A stretch of 64,000 bases of DNA from an uncultured Chloroflexia bacterium (lineage in GTDB: Bacteria; Chloroflexota; Limnocylindria; Limnocylindrales; CSP1-4), in contig CAVVCZ010000005.1 of NCBI GenBank assembly GCA_963746845.1, forward strand, positions 192,001-256,000, in the 5' to 3' direction. The notes below the pieces were generated by a model that was given only the letters and a program-made list of their open reading frames with translations, did not search any database and had not been told where the DNA came from. Shown piece by piece: positions 50,734 through 61,047 of the stretch. How positions within the stretch are numbered: the first letter of the stretch is position 1; each line of letters opens with the position of its first letter. Position numbers and translations under genes: made by a program.

Positions 50734-50882
50734 CACCCTCTCCAACGTGGCGGCACGGTCGGCCGATCCGTCCGGGCAGCATAGCGGCGCATCCGGTCGG
50801 GGGGAAGGGCGATCCGCAGGGCTCGCCGAGCGCGGCCTACACTGACGGTCGTTCGCCCGCTCGCCTGCCGGAGACGTCTTCG

Positions 50883-52691
50883 ATGCCCGACCCGACGCCC
50901 CCCCACGATCGTCCGTCCGACCCCGCGAAGCGCCACTCGGCTGCCCTGACCGACGGCCCGGACCGCGCCGGGGCGCGGAGCATGCTCAAGGCGATCGGCT
51001 TCACCGACGAGGACCTCGCGAAGCCGATCGTCGGCGTCGGGACGAGCTGGATCGAGACGATGCCCTGCAACTACAACCATCGCCGCCTGGCGGAGGCGGT
51101 GAAGGCAGGCATCCGGGCGGCCGGCGGGACGCCGATGGAGTTCACCACGATCTCGGTCAGCGACGGCGTCTCGATGGGCACCGAGGGGATGAAGGCGTCC
51201 CTGGTGAGCCGCGAGCTCGTCGCCGATTCGATCGAGCTCGTCGCGCGCGGACATCTCTTCGACGGCGTGGTCTGCATCTTCGGCTGCGACAAGACCGGGC
51301 CCGGCGCGGCGATGGCCATGGGCCGGCTGGACATCCCCGGCCTCGCGCTCTACTCCGGCACGATCTATCCGGGGATCCGGACGGCGGCCGACGGCTCCGC
51401 GATCCGCGATGCCACGGTCGTCAACGTATACGAGGCGATCGGCGCGTACCGGGCCGGGAAGATCACGCTCGACGACCTGTACGACATCGAGGCGGCCGCC
51501 TGCCCGGGGCCGGGCGCCTGCGGCGGGCAGTTCACCGCGAACACGATGAGCATGGTCATGGAGGTCCTCGGGCTGTCGCCCGCCGGGCTCAACGACATCC
51601 CCGCCGAGGACGCCGCGAAGGACGACGCGGCACGGCGCTGTGGCGAGCTGGTCATGCGGCTCGTCCGCGCCGACACCCGGCCGTCGGCGTTCGTCACCCG
51701 TCGCTCGATCGACAATGCGATCGCGGCCGTGGCGGCCACCGGCGGCTCGACGAACGCGGTGCTGCACCTCCTCGCCATTGCCCACGAATACGGCATCCCC
51801 CTCGAGATCGACGCGTTCGGCGAGATCGCCGACCGGACGCCGATCGTGGCCGACCTCCAGCCCGGCGGGCGGTACACCGCCACGCACCTGTACGAGGCGG
51901 GCGGGCTCGCCCTCGTCACCCGCGAGCTGGTCGCGGGCGGACGGATCGACGGCGCGGCCCCGAACGTCGACGGCCGAACCACCGCCGAGATCGCGGCCGG
52001 CGCCCGGGCGACGGAGGGCCAGGACGTCGTCGTCCCCATCGACCGTCCGATCAAGGCGACCGGCGGGCTGGCGATCCTGCGCGGCTCCCTGGCCCCGGAC
52101 GGCTGCGTCGTCAAGCTCGCCGGGCACGAGCGCCGGCTCCACCGCGGGCCGGCCCGCGTCTTCGACTCCGAGGCGGACTGCTACGCCGCGGTCCGCGACC
52201 GGCGGATCGTGCCGGGCGACGTTGTCGTCATCCGGTACGAGGGTCCGGTGGGTGGACCCGGGATGCAGGAGATGCTGAGCGTCACCGCGGCCCTCACCGG
52301 CGAGGGCCTCGGCGATACGGTCGCGCTCATCACCGACGGCCGCTTCTCGGGCGGCACCCACGGGCTGATGATCGGGCACATCGCACCGGAGGCCGCGCTG
52401 GGCGGGCCGATCGGGCTCGTCGAGGAAGGCGATCCGATCGTCATCGACGTCGACGCCCGCCGGCTCGACCTCGACGTGCCGGCCGAGGTCCTCGAGGAGC
52501 GACGAGGCCGCTGGACGGCGCCCGCGCCGCGCTACACCGGCGGTGTTCTCGCGAAGTACGCGGCCCTCGTGTCGTCCGCGTCCGAGGGCGCCGTGACGAC
52601 CGGCCGGCGCATGGCCGCCGGGCTGGACCGGAGTGGCCCGGACCACGGGGCAACCGTCTCGTCGATGGACACGCTCGTCTCGGCGGGATGA
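50883..52691 (+). CDS. ilvD: Dihydroxy-acid dehydratase
   Basis: [23 protein letters not shown] and TDGRFSG motifs. Confidence 0.95.
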   Translation: MPDPTPPHDRPSDPAKRHSAALTDGPDRAGARSMLKAIGFTDEDLAKPIVGVGTSWIETMPCNYNHRRLAEAVKAGIRAAGGTPMEFTTISVSDGVSMGTEGMKASLVSRELVADSIELVARGHLFDGVVCIFGCDKTGPGAAMAMGRLDIPGLALYSGTIYPGIRTAADGSAIRDATVVNVYEAIGAYRAGKITLDDLYDIEAAACPGPGACGGQFTANTMSMVMEVLGLSPAGLNDIPAEDAAKDDAARRCGELVMRLVRADTRPSAFVTRRSIDNAIAAVAATGGSTNAVLHLLAIAHEYGIPLEIDAFGEIADRTPIVADLQPGGRYTATHLYEAGGLALVTRELVAGGRIDGAAPNVDGRTTAEIAAGARATEGQDVVVPIDRPIKATGGLAILRGSLAPDGCVVKLAGHERRLHRGPARVFDSEADCYAAVRDRRIVPGDVVVIRYEGPVGGPGMQEMLSVTAALTGEGLGDTVALITDGRFSGGTHGLMIGHIAPEAALGGPIGLVEEGDPIVIDVDARRLDLDVPAEVLEERRGRWTAPAPRYTGGVLAKYAALVSSASEGAVTTGRRMAAGLDRSGPDHGATVSSMDTLVSAG

Positions 52692-53587
52692 CGGTCCGGA
52701 TCGGGTTCAAGACCTCGCCGCAGGACGTCGACTGGGCCACCCTCGATGCGACGTGGCGTCGGGCGGGCGAATGGTCGTCCGACGGGGGCCGGGGGTTCGA
52801 CAGCGGGTGGCTGAACGACCACCTCACGAACATGAACGCCGAGGTGCCCGGCGCGAGCCTGGAGGCGCTGACCCTGCTGGCGACGCTTGCCCATCACGTG
52901 CCGGGCGTCATCGTCGGGCATGGGGTGCTGTCGAACACGTTCCGCCAGCCGGTCGTGCTCGCCAAGGCCGCCGTCGTCCTGGACCACGCCACGGCCGGCC
53001 ACTTCGTCCTGGGGCTCGGCGCCGGATGGTTCGAGGCGGAGCACGAGCCGTTCGGCCTCGACCTCCCGCCGATCGGGCAGCGGATCGACCGCCTCGTCTC
53101 CGCGGTCGAGACGCTCCTGGCGCTGTGGTCGACCGCGGCGGCCGCCCCGCCCGGCGTGACCCGGGACGACCCGTTCTACCCGCTCCGCGACGCGGTCAAC
53201 GCCCCGCCGCCGCGAACCCCCGGCGGTCCGCCGATCTACCTGGGCGGCCAGGGTCCGCGCGGAATCCGCCTCGCCGCGCGGACGGCCGCGGGCTGGCTCC
53301 AGCCGGGCAACCAGGCCGGCGACATCGCGTACCTGATCGCGAAGCGGGACGCGCTGCACGCGGCCCTGGAGGCGGAGGGCCGGGACCCGGCCGGGTTCGA
53401 CATCGTCGGCCAGGTCGTGACCGGGACGACCGGCGCGAGCCGGCGGGCGGCCGTCGAGGCGGCGACCGGGATGGTCGCCGCGGGTGCGACCCACATCATC
53501 CTCGGCATGCCGCCGAGCCTCGGACCGGCGGGGCTGGACGACGTCGTGGCGGACTGCCTCGTCCCGCTCCGCGACGCCACCGGCTGA
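52688..53587 (+). CDS. LLM-class flavin-dependent oxidoreductase
   Basis: WLNDH, LGLGAGW and PPIYLGG motifs. Confidence 0.9.
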   Translation: MTVRIGFKTSPQDVDWATLDATWRRAGEWSSDGGRGFDSGWLNDHLTNMNAEVPGASLEALTLLATLAHHVPGVIVGHGVLSNTFRQPVVLAKAAVVLDHATAGHFVLGLGAGWFEAEHEPFGLDLPPIGQRIDRLVSAVETLLALWSTAAAAPPGVTRDDPFYPLRDAVNAPPPRTPGGPPIYLGGQGPRGIRLAARTAAGWLQPGNQAGDIAYLIAKRDALHAALEAEGRDPAGFDIVGQVVTGTTGASRRAAVEAATGMVAAGATHIILGMPPSLGPAGLDDVVADCLVPLRDATG

Positions 53588-53621
53588 TGCGCGGATCAAT
53601 CGGCGCGGCGATGATGTGGCC

Positions 53622-53969
53622 GTGAGCAGCCCGCGCACCGCCGAGCCCACGACTGTCGACGCGCCGCTCCCGGCGGGCGAGGCTCCATTCGCCCCGGACG
53701 GCTCGGACCGGGCGGTGGCGGACCCGTCGGTCCCGGCCGATCCCTCCGCCTACGACACGGAGCGGAACCTGGCCGCGCGTCGTCGCGGCCTGTCCACGCC
53801 GTACATCCCGGGCGGTCGCGACCCGGACCAGGAGCGGGCCGAGCGCGAGGACCGGCGGTACCTCCGGATCCTTCTCGTCATGGTGATCGCGATCGTGGCC
53901 GCGGGGTTCATCCTCGGGATCCTCGCCGAGGTCGCCGGGCTGACCAGCCTCGTCGGGAACCCGGGCTGA
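53622..53969 (+). CDS. Hypothetical protein with C-terminal TM helix
   Basis: Fills the operon gap; YIPGGRDPD followed by a hydrophobic segment. Confidence 0.7.
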   Translation: MSSPRTAEPTTVDAPLPAGEAPFAPDGSDRAVADPSVPADPSAYDTERNLAARRRGLSTPYIPGGRDPDQERAEREDRRYLRILLVMVIAIVAAGFILGILAEVAGLTSLVGNPG

Positions 53970-53971
53970 CG

Positions 53972-55405
53972 ATGGGGGCCGGCGGACCGCTGCCCTCGGC
54001 GGCGCTCGCGCCGGGCACGCTCGAACGGGCCGGCGACGAGCTGGTCGAGACCCTCCGGTCCCTGATCCGGATCCGGTCGATCAACCCGCCGCCGGACGAC
54101 GCCCCGAACGGGGAGCGCGAGGCCGCCGAATGGATCGCGGCCGCCCTGACGGACGCCGGCCTCCGGCCCGAGGTGCTCGAGGTCGTGCCGGGGCGCGGGT
54201 CCGTCATCGCCCGGCTGCGGGGCGACGGGACCGGCGGCGAGCCGCTGCTGCTCCTCGGCCACCTCGACGTCGTGCCCGCGCCGCCGGACGGCTGGACCCA
54301 CGACCCGTTCGGCGGTGACGTGGCCGGCGGCTACATCTGGGGTCGCGGCGCGGTCGACATGAAGGACCTCGTCGCGATGGAGCTGACGGTCGTCCGGATG
54401 CTCGCCGCCGAGGCACGCGCTGCCGGGCGCGACCCCGGCGAGGACCCGGTCCCGGGCCTCACCCGCGACGTGATCTTCGCCAGCACCGCCGACGAGGAGG
54501 CCGGCGGCCTGTCCGGGATCGGCTGGATCGTCGCCGAGCGGCCCGAGCTCCTCGAGGCGGCGGTCGCGATCAACGAGTCCGGCGCCGTGGCCACGGCGTT
54601 CGGTGGCCGCCGGTTCTATCCGATCGGCGTCGCCGAGAAGGGCTACGCGACGTACCGGCTCACCGTCCACGGCGCGTGGGGACATGGCTCGATGCCGCGC
54701 GACGACAACGCGGCCGTCCGGGCCGGGATCGCGGTCTCGCGCCTCGCGGTCCAGGGGCCGCCCCGACCCACCGCCGTCATGCAGACGTTTCTGCGCGGCG
54801 TCGCGGACCATGTCGATGCCGACGCGGCGCGGCTGCTGCGCGCCCTCGCGAGCGAGGATCCGCGGGCCGGCGAGGCCGCCCTCGACGCCCTGTGCGACCC
54901 GATGCAGGCCCGGGTCGTCCGGGCGCTCCTCCGGGACACGGTCAGCCCGACGATCATCCACGCCGGGGTGAAGTACAACGTCATTCCGGGCGAAGCCGCG
55001 GTCGAGATCGACTGCCGGGTCCTGCCGGGCACGACGGAGGAGGACATGCGCGAGACGGTGATCGGCCGCCTCGGCGACCTGGCGCCGTTCGTCGACGTCG
55101 ACCTGTTCATCCACGCTCCGCCCGTCGACGCCCCCGTCGAGAGCCCGTTCTATCGCCTGCTCGAGCAGACGGTGGTCGACCACGATCCGGACGGCATCCC
55201 GCTGCCGTTCATGGTCCCGTTCGCGACCGACGCGAAGCACACGGCGGCGCTGGGCATCCCGACCTACGGCTTCTCTCCGCTCCGGCTGGAGCCCGAGGAG
55301 CGGTTCCTCGAGCGGTTCCACGGGGTGGACGAGCGGGTCGGGGTCGAGGCGCTGCGGTGGGGCCTGCCCGTCCTCTACGACGTCGTTCGCCGCTTCTGCG
55401 GCTGA
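53972..55405 (+). CDS. M20/M25/M40 family metallo-hydrolase
   Basis: GHLDVVP, GRGAVDMK, ADEE and HGVDE motifs. Confidence 0.93.
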   Translation: MGAGGPLPSAALAPGTLERAGDELVETLRSLIRIRSINPPPDDAPNGEREAAEWIAAALTDAGLRPEVLEVVPGRGSVIARLRGDGTGGEPLLLLGHLDVVPAPPDGWTHDPFGGDVAGGYIWGRGAVDMKDLVAMELTVVRMLAAEARAAGRDPGEDPVPGLTRDVIFASTADEEAGGLSGIGWIVAERPELLEAAVAINESGAVATAFGGRRFYPIGVAEKGYATYRLTVHGAWGHGSMPRDDNAAVRAGIAVSRLAVQGPPRPTAVMQTFLRGVADHVDADAARLLRALASEDPRAGEAALDALCDPMQARVVRALLRDTVSPTIIHAGVKYNVIPGEAAVEIDCRVLPGTTEEDMRETVIGRLGDLAPFVDVDLFIHAPPVDAPVESPFYRLLEQTVVDHDPDGIPLPFMVPFATDAKHTAALGIPTYGFSPLRLEPEERFLERFHGVDERVGVEALRWGLPVLYDVVRRFCG

Positions 55406-55407
55406 GG

Positions 55408-55626
55408 TCAGGACGCCGCTTCATCTCCCGGAGCCGGCTGGCCGTCGGTCGAGACCACGACCTGCTCGTCGCAGCTCTTGCAGCGGAAGATGGTGCCGCG
55501 CAGCCACGACCGCTCCGGGTCGACCTCCGCCGAATCGTGCGGCGACAGCTCCAGTCGCGACCACGAGCCGTCGGAATGCCGATGCTCGAGATGGAGCTGT
55601 GCCGAGATGTCCGCCCACCGGTCCAT
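55408..55626 (-). CDS. Small putative zinc-binding protein (72 aa)
   Basis: GGAGG SD; HRH...CKSC; directly downstream of the MarR gene. Confidence 0.75.
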   Translation of the reverse strand: MDRWADISAQLHLEHRHSDGSWSRLELSPHDSAEVDPERSWLRGTIFRCKSCDEQVVVSTDGQPAPGDEAAS

Positions 55627-55639
55627 GGGTCCTCCGTCG

Positions 55640-56221
55640 CTATTCCGCTCGGGTCTTGATCAGCCGGCCGCGCCGGGAGATGGCATGGGTGGCGAGCGCG
55701 GCGACCCCCATCGCGATGAGGGCGCGCTCGGCGGTCGGCATCGGGCGGACCGCCGAGAGGAACTGGTCCGCGCGGGCCCGATCCACGACCCGGAGCAGGG
55801 CGGCGCCGCGCGGCGTCAGCTGGAGGGTCCGCTGGCGCCGGTCCTCCTCCTCGACTCGCCGCTCGACGAGCCGCCGCCGGACGAGGCCGTCGACGAGCCG
55901 GCTCGTGGCGGATGGGGATCGGTTGATCACCTCGGCCAGGTCGCCGACCGTCATCGTGCCGGAGTCGGCGAGGACATAGAGGGCCGCGAGCTGGGTGAAC
56001 CCGAGCCGCATCTCCCCGAGCTGCGATGCGAAGCCGATGACGAGCTCCCGCCACAACGCCCGGCCCATGGCGACCCGCTCGGAGATCTGGCGGACGTTCG
56101 AGATCCGGGTCCCGGCCGCGAGAACCGTCGCCGACAGGTCCGCCTCGTAGCGGCGGGCGATCGTCCGCGCAGGAGGCGGCGGACCGACGCGACGGGCGCC
56201 GCTCTTCGTCTCGACGGTCAT
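55640..56221 (-). CDS. MarR family transcriptional regulator
   Basis: SPSATSRLVDGLV, DRRQ and LTPRG motifs. Confidence 0.9.
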   Translation of the reverse strand: MTVETKSGARRVGPPPPARTIARRYEADLSATVLAAGTRISNVRQISERVAMGRALWRELVIGFASQLGEMRLGFTQLAALYVLADSGTMTVGDLAEVINRSPSATSRLVDGLVRRRLVERRVEEEDRRQRTLQLTPRGAALLRVVDRARADQFLSAVRPMPTAERALIAMGVAALATHAISRRGRLIKTRAE

Positions 56222-56340
56222 CGCTCGGGCATCGCATGGATCGACATGGGACCCCGAGCATAGCCCGACGGCGCGTCTTGCGTGCAACTTCGCACAGGCC
56301 GGCCCGCGTGAACGGGGAATCGGCCGCTAGGCTGCGGATG

Positions 56341-57309
56341 ATGACCACCACTGCCTTCGTCTTCCCCGGCCAGGGCTCGCAGGCGGTCGGCATGGGGGAG
56401 GCCCTCGTCGCGGCGTCCCCGGCCGCGGCCGACGTCTTCGCCCGGGCGGATGCCGCGCTCGGCGAGCCGATCAGCCGCGTCGCCTTCGCGGGACCCGCCG
56501 AGCTCCTCGACCGGACCGAGAACGCCCAGCCGGCCCTGCTCGCGACCTCGATCGCGTACCTCGCCGCCCTCCGGGAACGCTCGTCCGGATCCGGTGCGGA
56601 GACCCTTGCCCCGGCGTTCGCGGCCGGCCACTCGATGGGCCAGTACTCCGCCCTCGTCGCCGCCGAGGTGATCTCCATCGATGACGGGGTGCGGCTCGTC
56701 CGCGAGCGCGGCCGGCTGATGCAGGCGTCGGGCGCCGGCCGGGACGGTGCGATGGCCGCGATCATCGGCCTCGACGACGATCGACTGCCCGAGCTCGTCC
56801 GGCGGGCCGCCGTCCACGGGATCTTCGGTGTCGCCAACCGGAACTCACCCGGGCAGGTCGTGGTCAGCGGCGAGCGAAGCGCGATCGACGCGTCGGTCGA
56901 GATCGCGAAGGAGCTGGGTGCCCGGAAGGTCGTCGTGCTCCCGGTCTCGGTCGCGGCCCACTCCCCGCTGATGGCGGAGGCCGCCGAGGGCATGCGCCGG
57001 GCGATCGTCGACGTCGACTTCCACGATCCCGCGGTTCCCCTGCTCGCGAACGCCGACGCCCGGCCGATCACGACGGCCGCCGGCGCCCGCGCCGAGCTCG
57101 TCGACCATCTGACCGCCGGGGTCGACTGGGTCGCCGCCGTGGAGCGGATGACCGCCGCCGGCGTCACGACGTTCCTCGAGGTCGGGCCGGGCCGGGTCCT
57201 GACCGGCCTGATCAAGCGGATCGCCCCGGACGCCGAGGCCCTGCCGCTCGACGATCCCACCGCCCCGGACCGCCTCGCCGTGCCGTTCGCGGCAACGGCT
57301 CCTGCCTGA
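56341..57309 (+). CDS. fabD: ACP S-malonyltransferase
   Basis: FPGQGSQ, AGHSMG, AAHS and EVGPG motifs. Confidence 0.95.
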   Translation: MTTTAFVFPGQGSQAVGMGEALVAASPAAADVFARADAALGEPISRVAFAGPAELLDRTENAQPALLATSIAYLAALRERSSGSGAETLAPAFAAGHSMGQYSALVAAEVISIDDGVRLVRERGRLMQASGAGRDGAMAAIIGLDDDRLPELVRRAAVHGIFGVANRNSPGQVVVSGERSAIDASVEIAKELGARKVVVLPVSVAAHSPLMAEAAEGMRRAIVDVDFHDPAVPLLANADARPITTAAGARAELVDHLTAGVDWVAAVERMTAAGVTTFLEVGPGRVLTGLIKRIAPDAEALPLDDPTAPDRLAVPFAATAPA

Positions 57310-57346
57310 CCCCGTCCCGACTCGCGAGAAAGGAAGTTCCCCGAGC

Positions 57347-58621
57347 GTGCGCAAACCCGATTACGACCGACGCGTCGTCGTCACCGGTCTGGGTGTGATC
57401 AGCCCGGTGGGCAACGACGTCCAGACCGCCTGGGGAAACCTGGTCCGCGGTCATTCCGGCCTCCGAGAGATCACGAAGTTCGACGTCTCCGGCTACGAAG
57501 CGAAGGCGGCAGGCGAGGTCGAGGGCTTCGATCCCACCCAGTGGATGGACCCCAAGGCAGTCCGCCGGAGCGAGAGCGCGATGTGGTTCGGGGTCGCCGC
57601 CGGCAAACAGGCCCTGGCCAATTCCGGCTTCGAGATCACGGACGCGAACCGCGAGGACGTCGGCGTAGTCTTCGGCTCTGGAGCCGGCGGCCAGCAGCTG
57701 ATGATCGACGCGTGGGTGAGCCTGCACGAGAAGGGCCCCCGGAGCGTGCAGCCGACCTTCATCGCGAACGCACTGGTCGACTCGACGTCGGGGATGATCG
57801 CGATCGAGACAGGGGCGATCGGCCACAACGTGTGCATCGTGTCCGCGTGTGCCACGGGCACCCACAGCGTCTCCGAGGGCGCCGAGGCGATCCGTCGCGG
57901 CGACTGCATCGCGGTGATCTCGGGATCGACCGAGGCGCCGCTTCTCGAGACCGCCCACGCCGGCTTCACCAACATGCGGGGCATGGGGATGCCGCGCCCG
58001 GGCGAGCCGCTCGCCACCGTCTCCCGGCCGTTCGACAAGACCCGCGATGGGTTCGTGCTGGGCGAGGGCGCCGGCGGCCTCTTCCTCGAGGACCTCGAGC
58101 TGGCCAAGGCCCGTGGCGCCAAGATCTACGCGGAGGTCGTGGGCTACGGCTCCGCGGCCGACGGCTGGGACATGATCCAGCCGATCGCCAACGGGACGGG
58201 CTCCGCACGCGCGATGAAGATGGCGCTCGATCGGCGCGGGGTGCCGGCCGACGAGGTCGACCTGATCAACCCGCACGGGACGTCCACGCCCCTCGGCGAC
58301 CGGCGCGAAGCCGAGGCGATCTGGACGGTGTTCGGCGAGCGGGTTGCCCGTGACCGTCACTCGCTGGCGATCAGCGGCACGAAGTCGATGACCGGCCACA
58401 TGATGGGCGCCGCCGGGGCGTTCGAGGCCTTCGCGACCGTGATGTCCGTCGCCGAGCAGTGCGTCCCGCCGACGATCAACTACCGCGACTTCGACCCCGA
58501 ATGCGACCTGTGGGTCGTCACCGAGCCCACGCCGATGCCCGTTCGATACGCCTTGTCCAACAACATCGGCCTTGGCGGCCACAACGGCGCGGTCATCTTC
58601 AAGCGTTATGACGGCGATTGA
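57347..58621 (+). CDS. fabF: Beta-ketoacyl-ACP synthase II-like, copy 1
   Basis: SACATG, NPHGTST and KSMTGH motifs; atypical NNIGLGGHN C-terminus. Confidence 0.85.
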   Translation: MRKPDYDRRVVVTGLGVISPVGNDVQTAWGNLVRGHSGLREITKFDVSGYEAKAAGEVEGFDPTQWMDPKAVRRSESAMWFGVAAGKQALANSGFEITDANREDVGVVFGSGAGGQQLMIDAWVSLHEKGPRSVQPTFIANALVDSTSGMIAIETGAIGHNVCIVSACATGTHSVSEGAEAIRRGDCIAVISGSTEAPLLETAHAGFTNMRGMGMPRPGEPLATVSRPFDKTRDGFVLGEGAGGLFLEDLELAKARGAKIYAEVVGYGSAADGWDMIQPIANGTGSARAMKMALDRRGVPADEVDLINPHGTSTPLGDRREAEAIWTVFGERVARDRHSLAISGTKSMTGHMMGAAGAFEAFATVMSVAEQCVPPTINYRDFDPECDLWVVTEPTPMPVRYALSNNIGLGGHNGAVIFKRYDGD

Positions 58622-58796
58622 ACGGCTGTCGCGCCTGCGCACGCCATCGCCGCGTTGGCCGCTGCGCTCCTCGCTCACGGGCGTTTGAGCCCGCTCGCTC
58701 CGGTGCTCCCGGCCGCCTTGCGCTGACGCACCCATCCGCGACGAACGCAGTCGCGTCCTTACAATCCGTCCGAGCCTGATGCCCTGAGGTTGCCCG

Positions 58797-60062
58797 TTGC
58801 CTGAGACAGACCCCGCTCATCGTGCCGTCGTGACCGGTCTCGGTTGCGTCATGCCGATCGGGAACGACTTCCCGACGTACTGGTCGAACCTCGTGGCCGG
58901 CGTCACCGGGACCCGCCGGATCCAGAGCTTCGACCCGTCGGCGTTCGAGGTCCAGATCGCGGCCGAGGTGCTCGACTTCGACCCGACGTCGGCGATGGAC
59001 CCGAAGATGGCCCGCCGGATGACGCGGTTCATCCACTTCGCGATGGCCGCCGGCAAGGAGGCGGTCGCCGACAGCGGCATCGACTTCGCCGCGATGAGCC
59101 AGGAGCAGCGGGATCGGGTCGGCGTCGTCGTCAACACCGGCGGCGGCGGGATCGAGGCGATCATCGACGGGACCCATGTCCACGACACGAAGGGGCCGCG
59201 ATTCGTCTCGGCCTTCGCGATCCCGGCGCTGTCGGGCTCGATGGGCGCGGCGCTCCTGTCGATGGAGTACGGCCTCACGGGCCCCGTGATGACCCAGGTC
59301 GCCGCCTGCGCGACGTCCGTCATCGCGTTTCACGACGCGCTCCGGCTGATCCGGACCGGCGAGTGCGACGTCGTCCTGGCCGGCGGCTCCGAGGCCCCGG
59401 TCGTCCCGATGGGCGTCGCCGCCCTCGCGAACATGGGCGCCCTGTCGCGCCGGAACGACGACCCGGCGACGGCCTCGCGCCCGTTCGACCGCAGCCGCGA
59501 CGGCTTCGTCCTGGGTGAAGGTGGCGGCGTTGTGATCGTCGAGTCGCTGGCCCACGCCGAGGCGCGTGGCGCGAACCCGATCGCGGAGATCCTCGGCGGC
59601 GCGCTGACGGCCGATGCGTTCCACATCAGCGCCCCGGAGCCGACAGGTCGCGGCCAGGCGCGGGCGATGGCGAACGCGCTCCGGAACGCCGAGGTCACGA
59701 CGGACGAGATCGACTACATCGTTGCCCATGGGACGGCGACGCCGCTCAACGACGTGACCGAGACGCGGGCGATCAAGACGGCCTACGGCGCACACGCGTA
59801 CAAGGTCGCGATCAGCTCGCCGAAGTCGATGATCGGGCACCTCGTCGGCGCCGCGGGTATCGCGTCCGCCCTCGCGGGGCTGGGCGCGATCCGCGACCAG
59901 GTGATCCCGCCGACGGCGAACCTCCGGACCCCCGATCCCGAGTGCGACCTCGACTACGTCCCGCTCGTCGCCCGCAAGGCGAAGATCGACACGGTCGCCA
60001 TCAACGGCTTCGGGTTCGGCGGTCAGAACGCCGTCGCGATCTTCCGGCGCCTCGGCGCCTGA
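58797..60062 (+). CDS. fabF: Beta-ketoacyl-ACP synthase II, copy 2
   Basis: AACATS, AHGTAT, KSMIGH and NGFGFGGQN motifs. Confidence 0.9.
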   Translation: MPETDPAHRAVVTGLGCVMPIGNDFPTYWSNLVAGVTGTRRIQSFDPSAFEVQIAAEVLDFDPTSAMDPKMARRMTRFIHFAMAAGKEAVADSGIDFAAMSQEQRDRVGVVVNTGGGGIEAIIDGTHVHDTKGPRFVSAFAIPALSGSMGAALLSMEYGLTGPVMTQVAACATSVIAFHDALRLIRTGECDVVLAGGSEAPVVPMGVAALANMGALSRRNDDPATASRPFDRSRDGFVLGEGGGVVIVESLAHAEARGANPIAEILGGALTADAFHISAPEPTGRGQARAMANALRNAEVTTDEIDYIVAHGTATPLNDVTETRAIKTAYGAHAYKVAISSPKSMIGHLVGAAGIASALAGLGAIRDQVIPPTANLRTPDPECDLDYVPLVARKAKIDTVAINGFGFGGQNAVAIFRRLGA

Positions 60063-60095
60063 GCCGGCCCCGACCAGCGTTTCGACCGTCGGCCG

Positions 60096-61034
60096 CTACG
60101 CGCCGCCGGTCCGATCGCGGAGGTACGAGACCACCCGCGGGTCGATCCAGCCAGGGCCGGCCGTGCGCTCCTCGAGGTTCTCGACGGACATCCAGTCGAC
60201 GAGGGCCCGCTGCCAGGCGTCGTCCCAGCCGTCGGGCAGGGGCCGCGGGTCTCCGATCGCGGGCCGCTCGTCGACCGGCGCCTCGCCGGACATCCGCACG
60301 TACACCGTGCTCAGCGCCCCGCCCGGCCCGACGCCCATCGAGCCGAGACGGCGCCGGAGCTCGGCCGCTAAGGTCGCGTCCAGCGGCACGAGGTCGTCCG
60401 CGGCGGGTCGCTCGAAGTACAGGCGATGGAGCGCCAGGACCCGCCCGAGCTCCCCGATCGGGTCGGCGTGGTCCTCGACGTGGAGGTCGATCCAGCGGTC
60501 GTTGCCGCCGCCGTAGCCGCCGCCGGCCCGGACGACGAGGAGTGCCGCGGACTGCCGCCCTCGTCGGTCGCCACCGGCCGCATCGGCGGCCGCGAGACAC
60601 GCGACGAGCAGCTCCGGGAACGGCCGGCCACCCGCCTCGTACGTGTCCGCAAGCCCGTCGACGACGCCGGGGCCGGCGAGGATGTTGCCCTGGGCGGTGA
60701 ACCCCTCCCCCGCCCGCCCGCCGGCCCACGCGAAGCAGCCCGGCCCGGTATGGCTCGCCGGCCGCCCGGCGGCATCGACCACGCCGACCTGGCGCTCGTC
60801 GGCAAACGGGTCGGCCGCCATCAGCCGCGCGAGCGCGTCCGGTGCGGACGCGCCTTCCGCCAGCGCTGCCAGCAGGTCGGGTCCGTGGGCGGTGTTCGCG
60901 AACGCCTGGGTCGCGACCGCGCCGACGTCCGCCCGCGCCCAGGGCACGACGGCGCCGACCGCGAGGAACTTCGACTGGACGGCGACAGCCAGGTCGCCGG
61001 TCGCGGGGTCGCGGGCGACGATCGAGAACGTCAT
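60096..61034 (-). CDS. DUF1028 domain protein
   Basis: MTFSIVARD, AVQSKF, QGNIL and GGDRRGRQSA motifs. Confidence 0.92.
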   Translation of the reverse strand: MTFSIVARDPATGDLAVAVQSKFLAVGAVVPWARADVGAVATQAFANTAHGPDLLAALAEGASAPDALARLMAADPFADERQVGVVDAAGRPASHTGPGCFAWAGGRAGEGFTAQGNILAGPGVVDGLADTYEAGGRPFPELLVACLAAADAAGGDRRGRQSAALLVVRAGGGYGGGNDRWIDLHVEDHADPIGELGRVLALHRLYFERPAADDLVPLDATLAAELRRRLGSMGVGPGGALSTVYVRMSGEAPVDERPAIGDPRPLPDGWDDAWQRALVDWMSVENLEERTAGPGWIDPRVVSYLRDRTGGA

Positions 61035-61047
61035 CGGGCGCCCCTGG

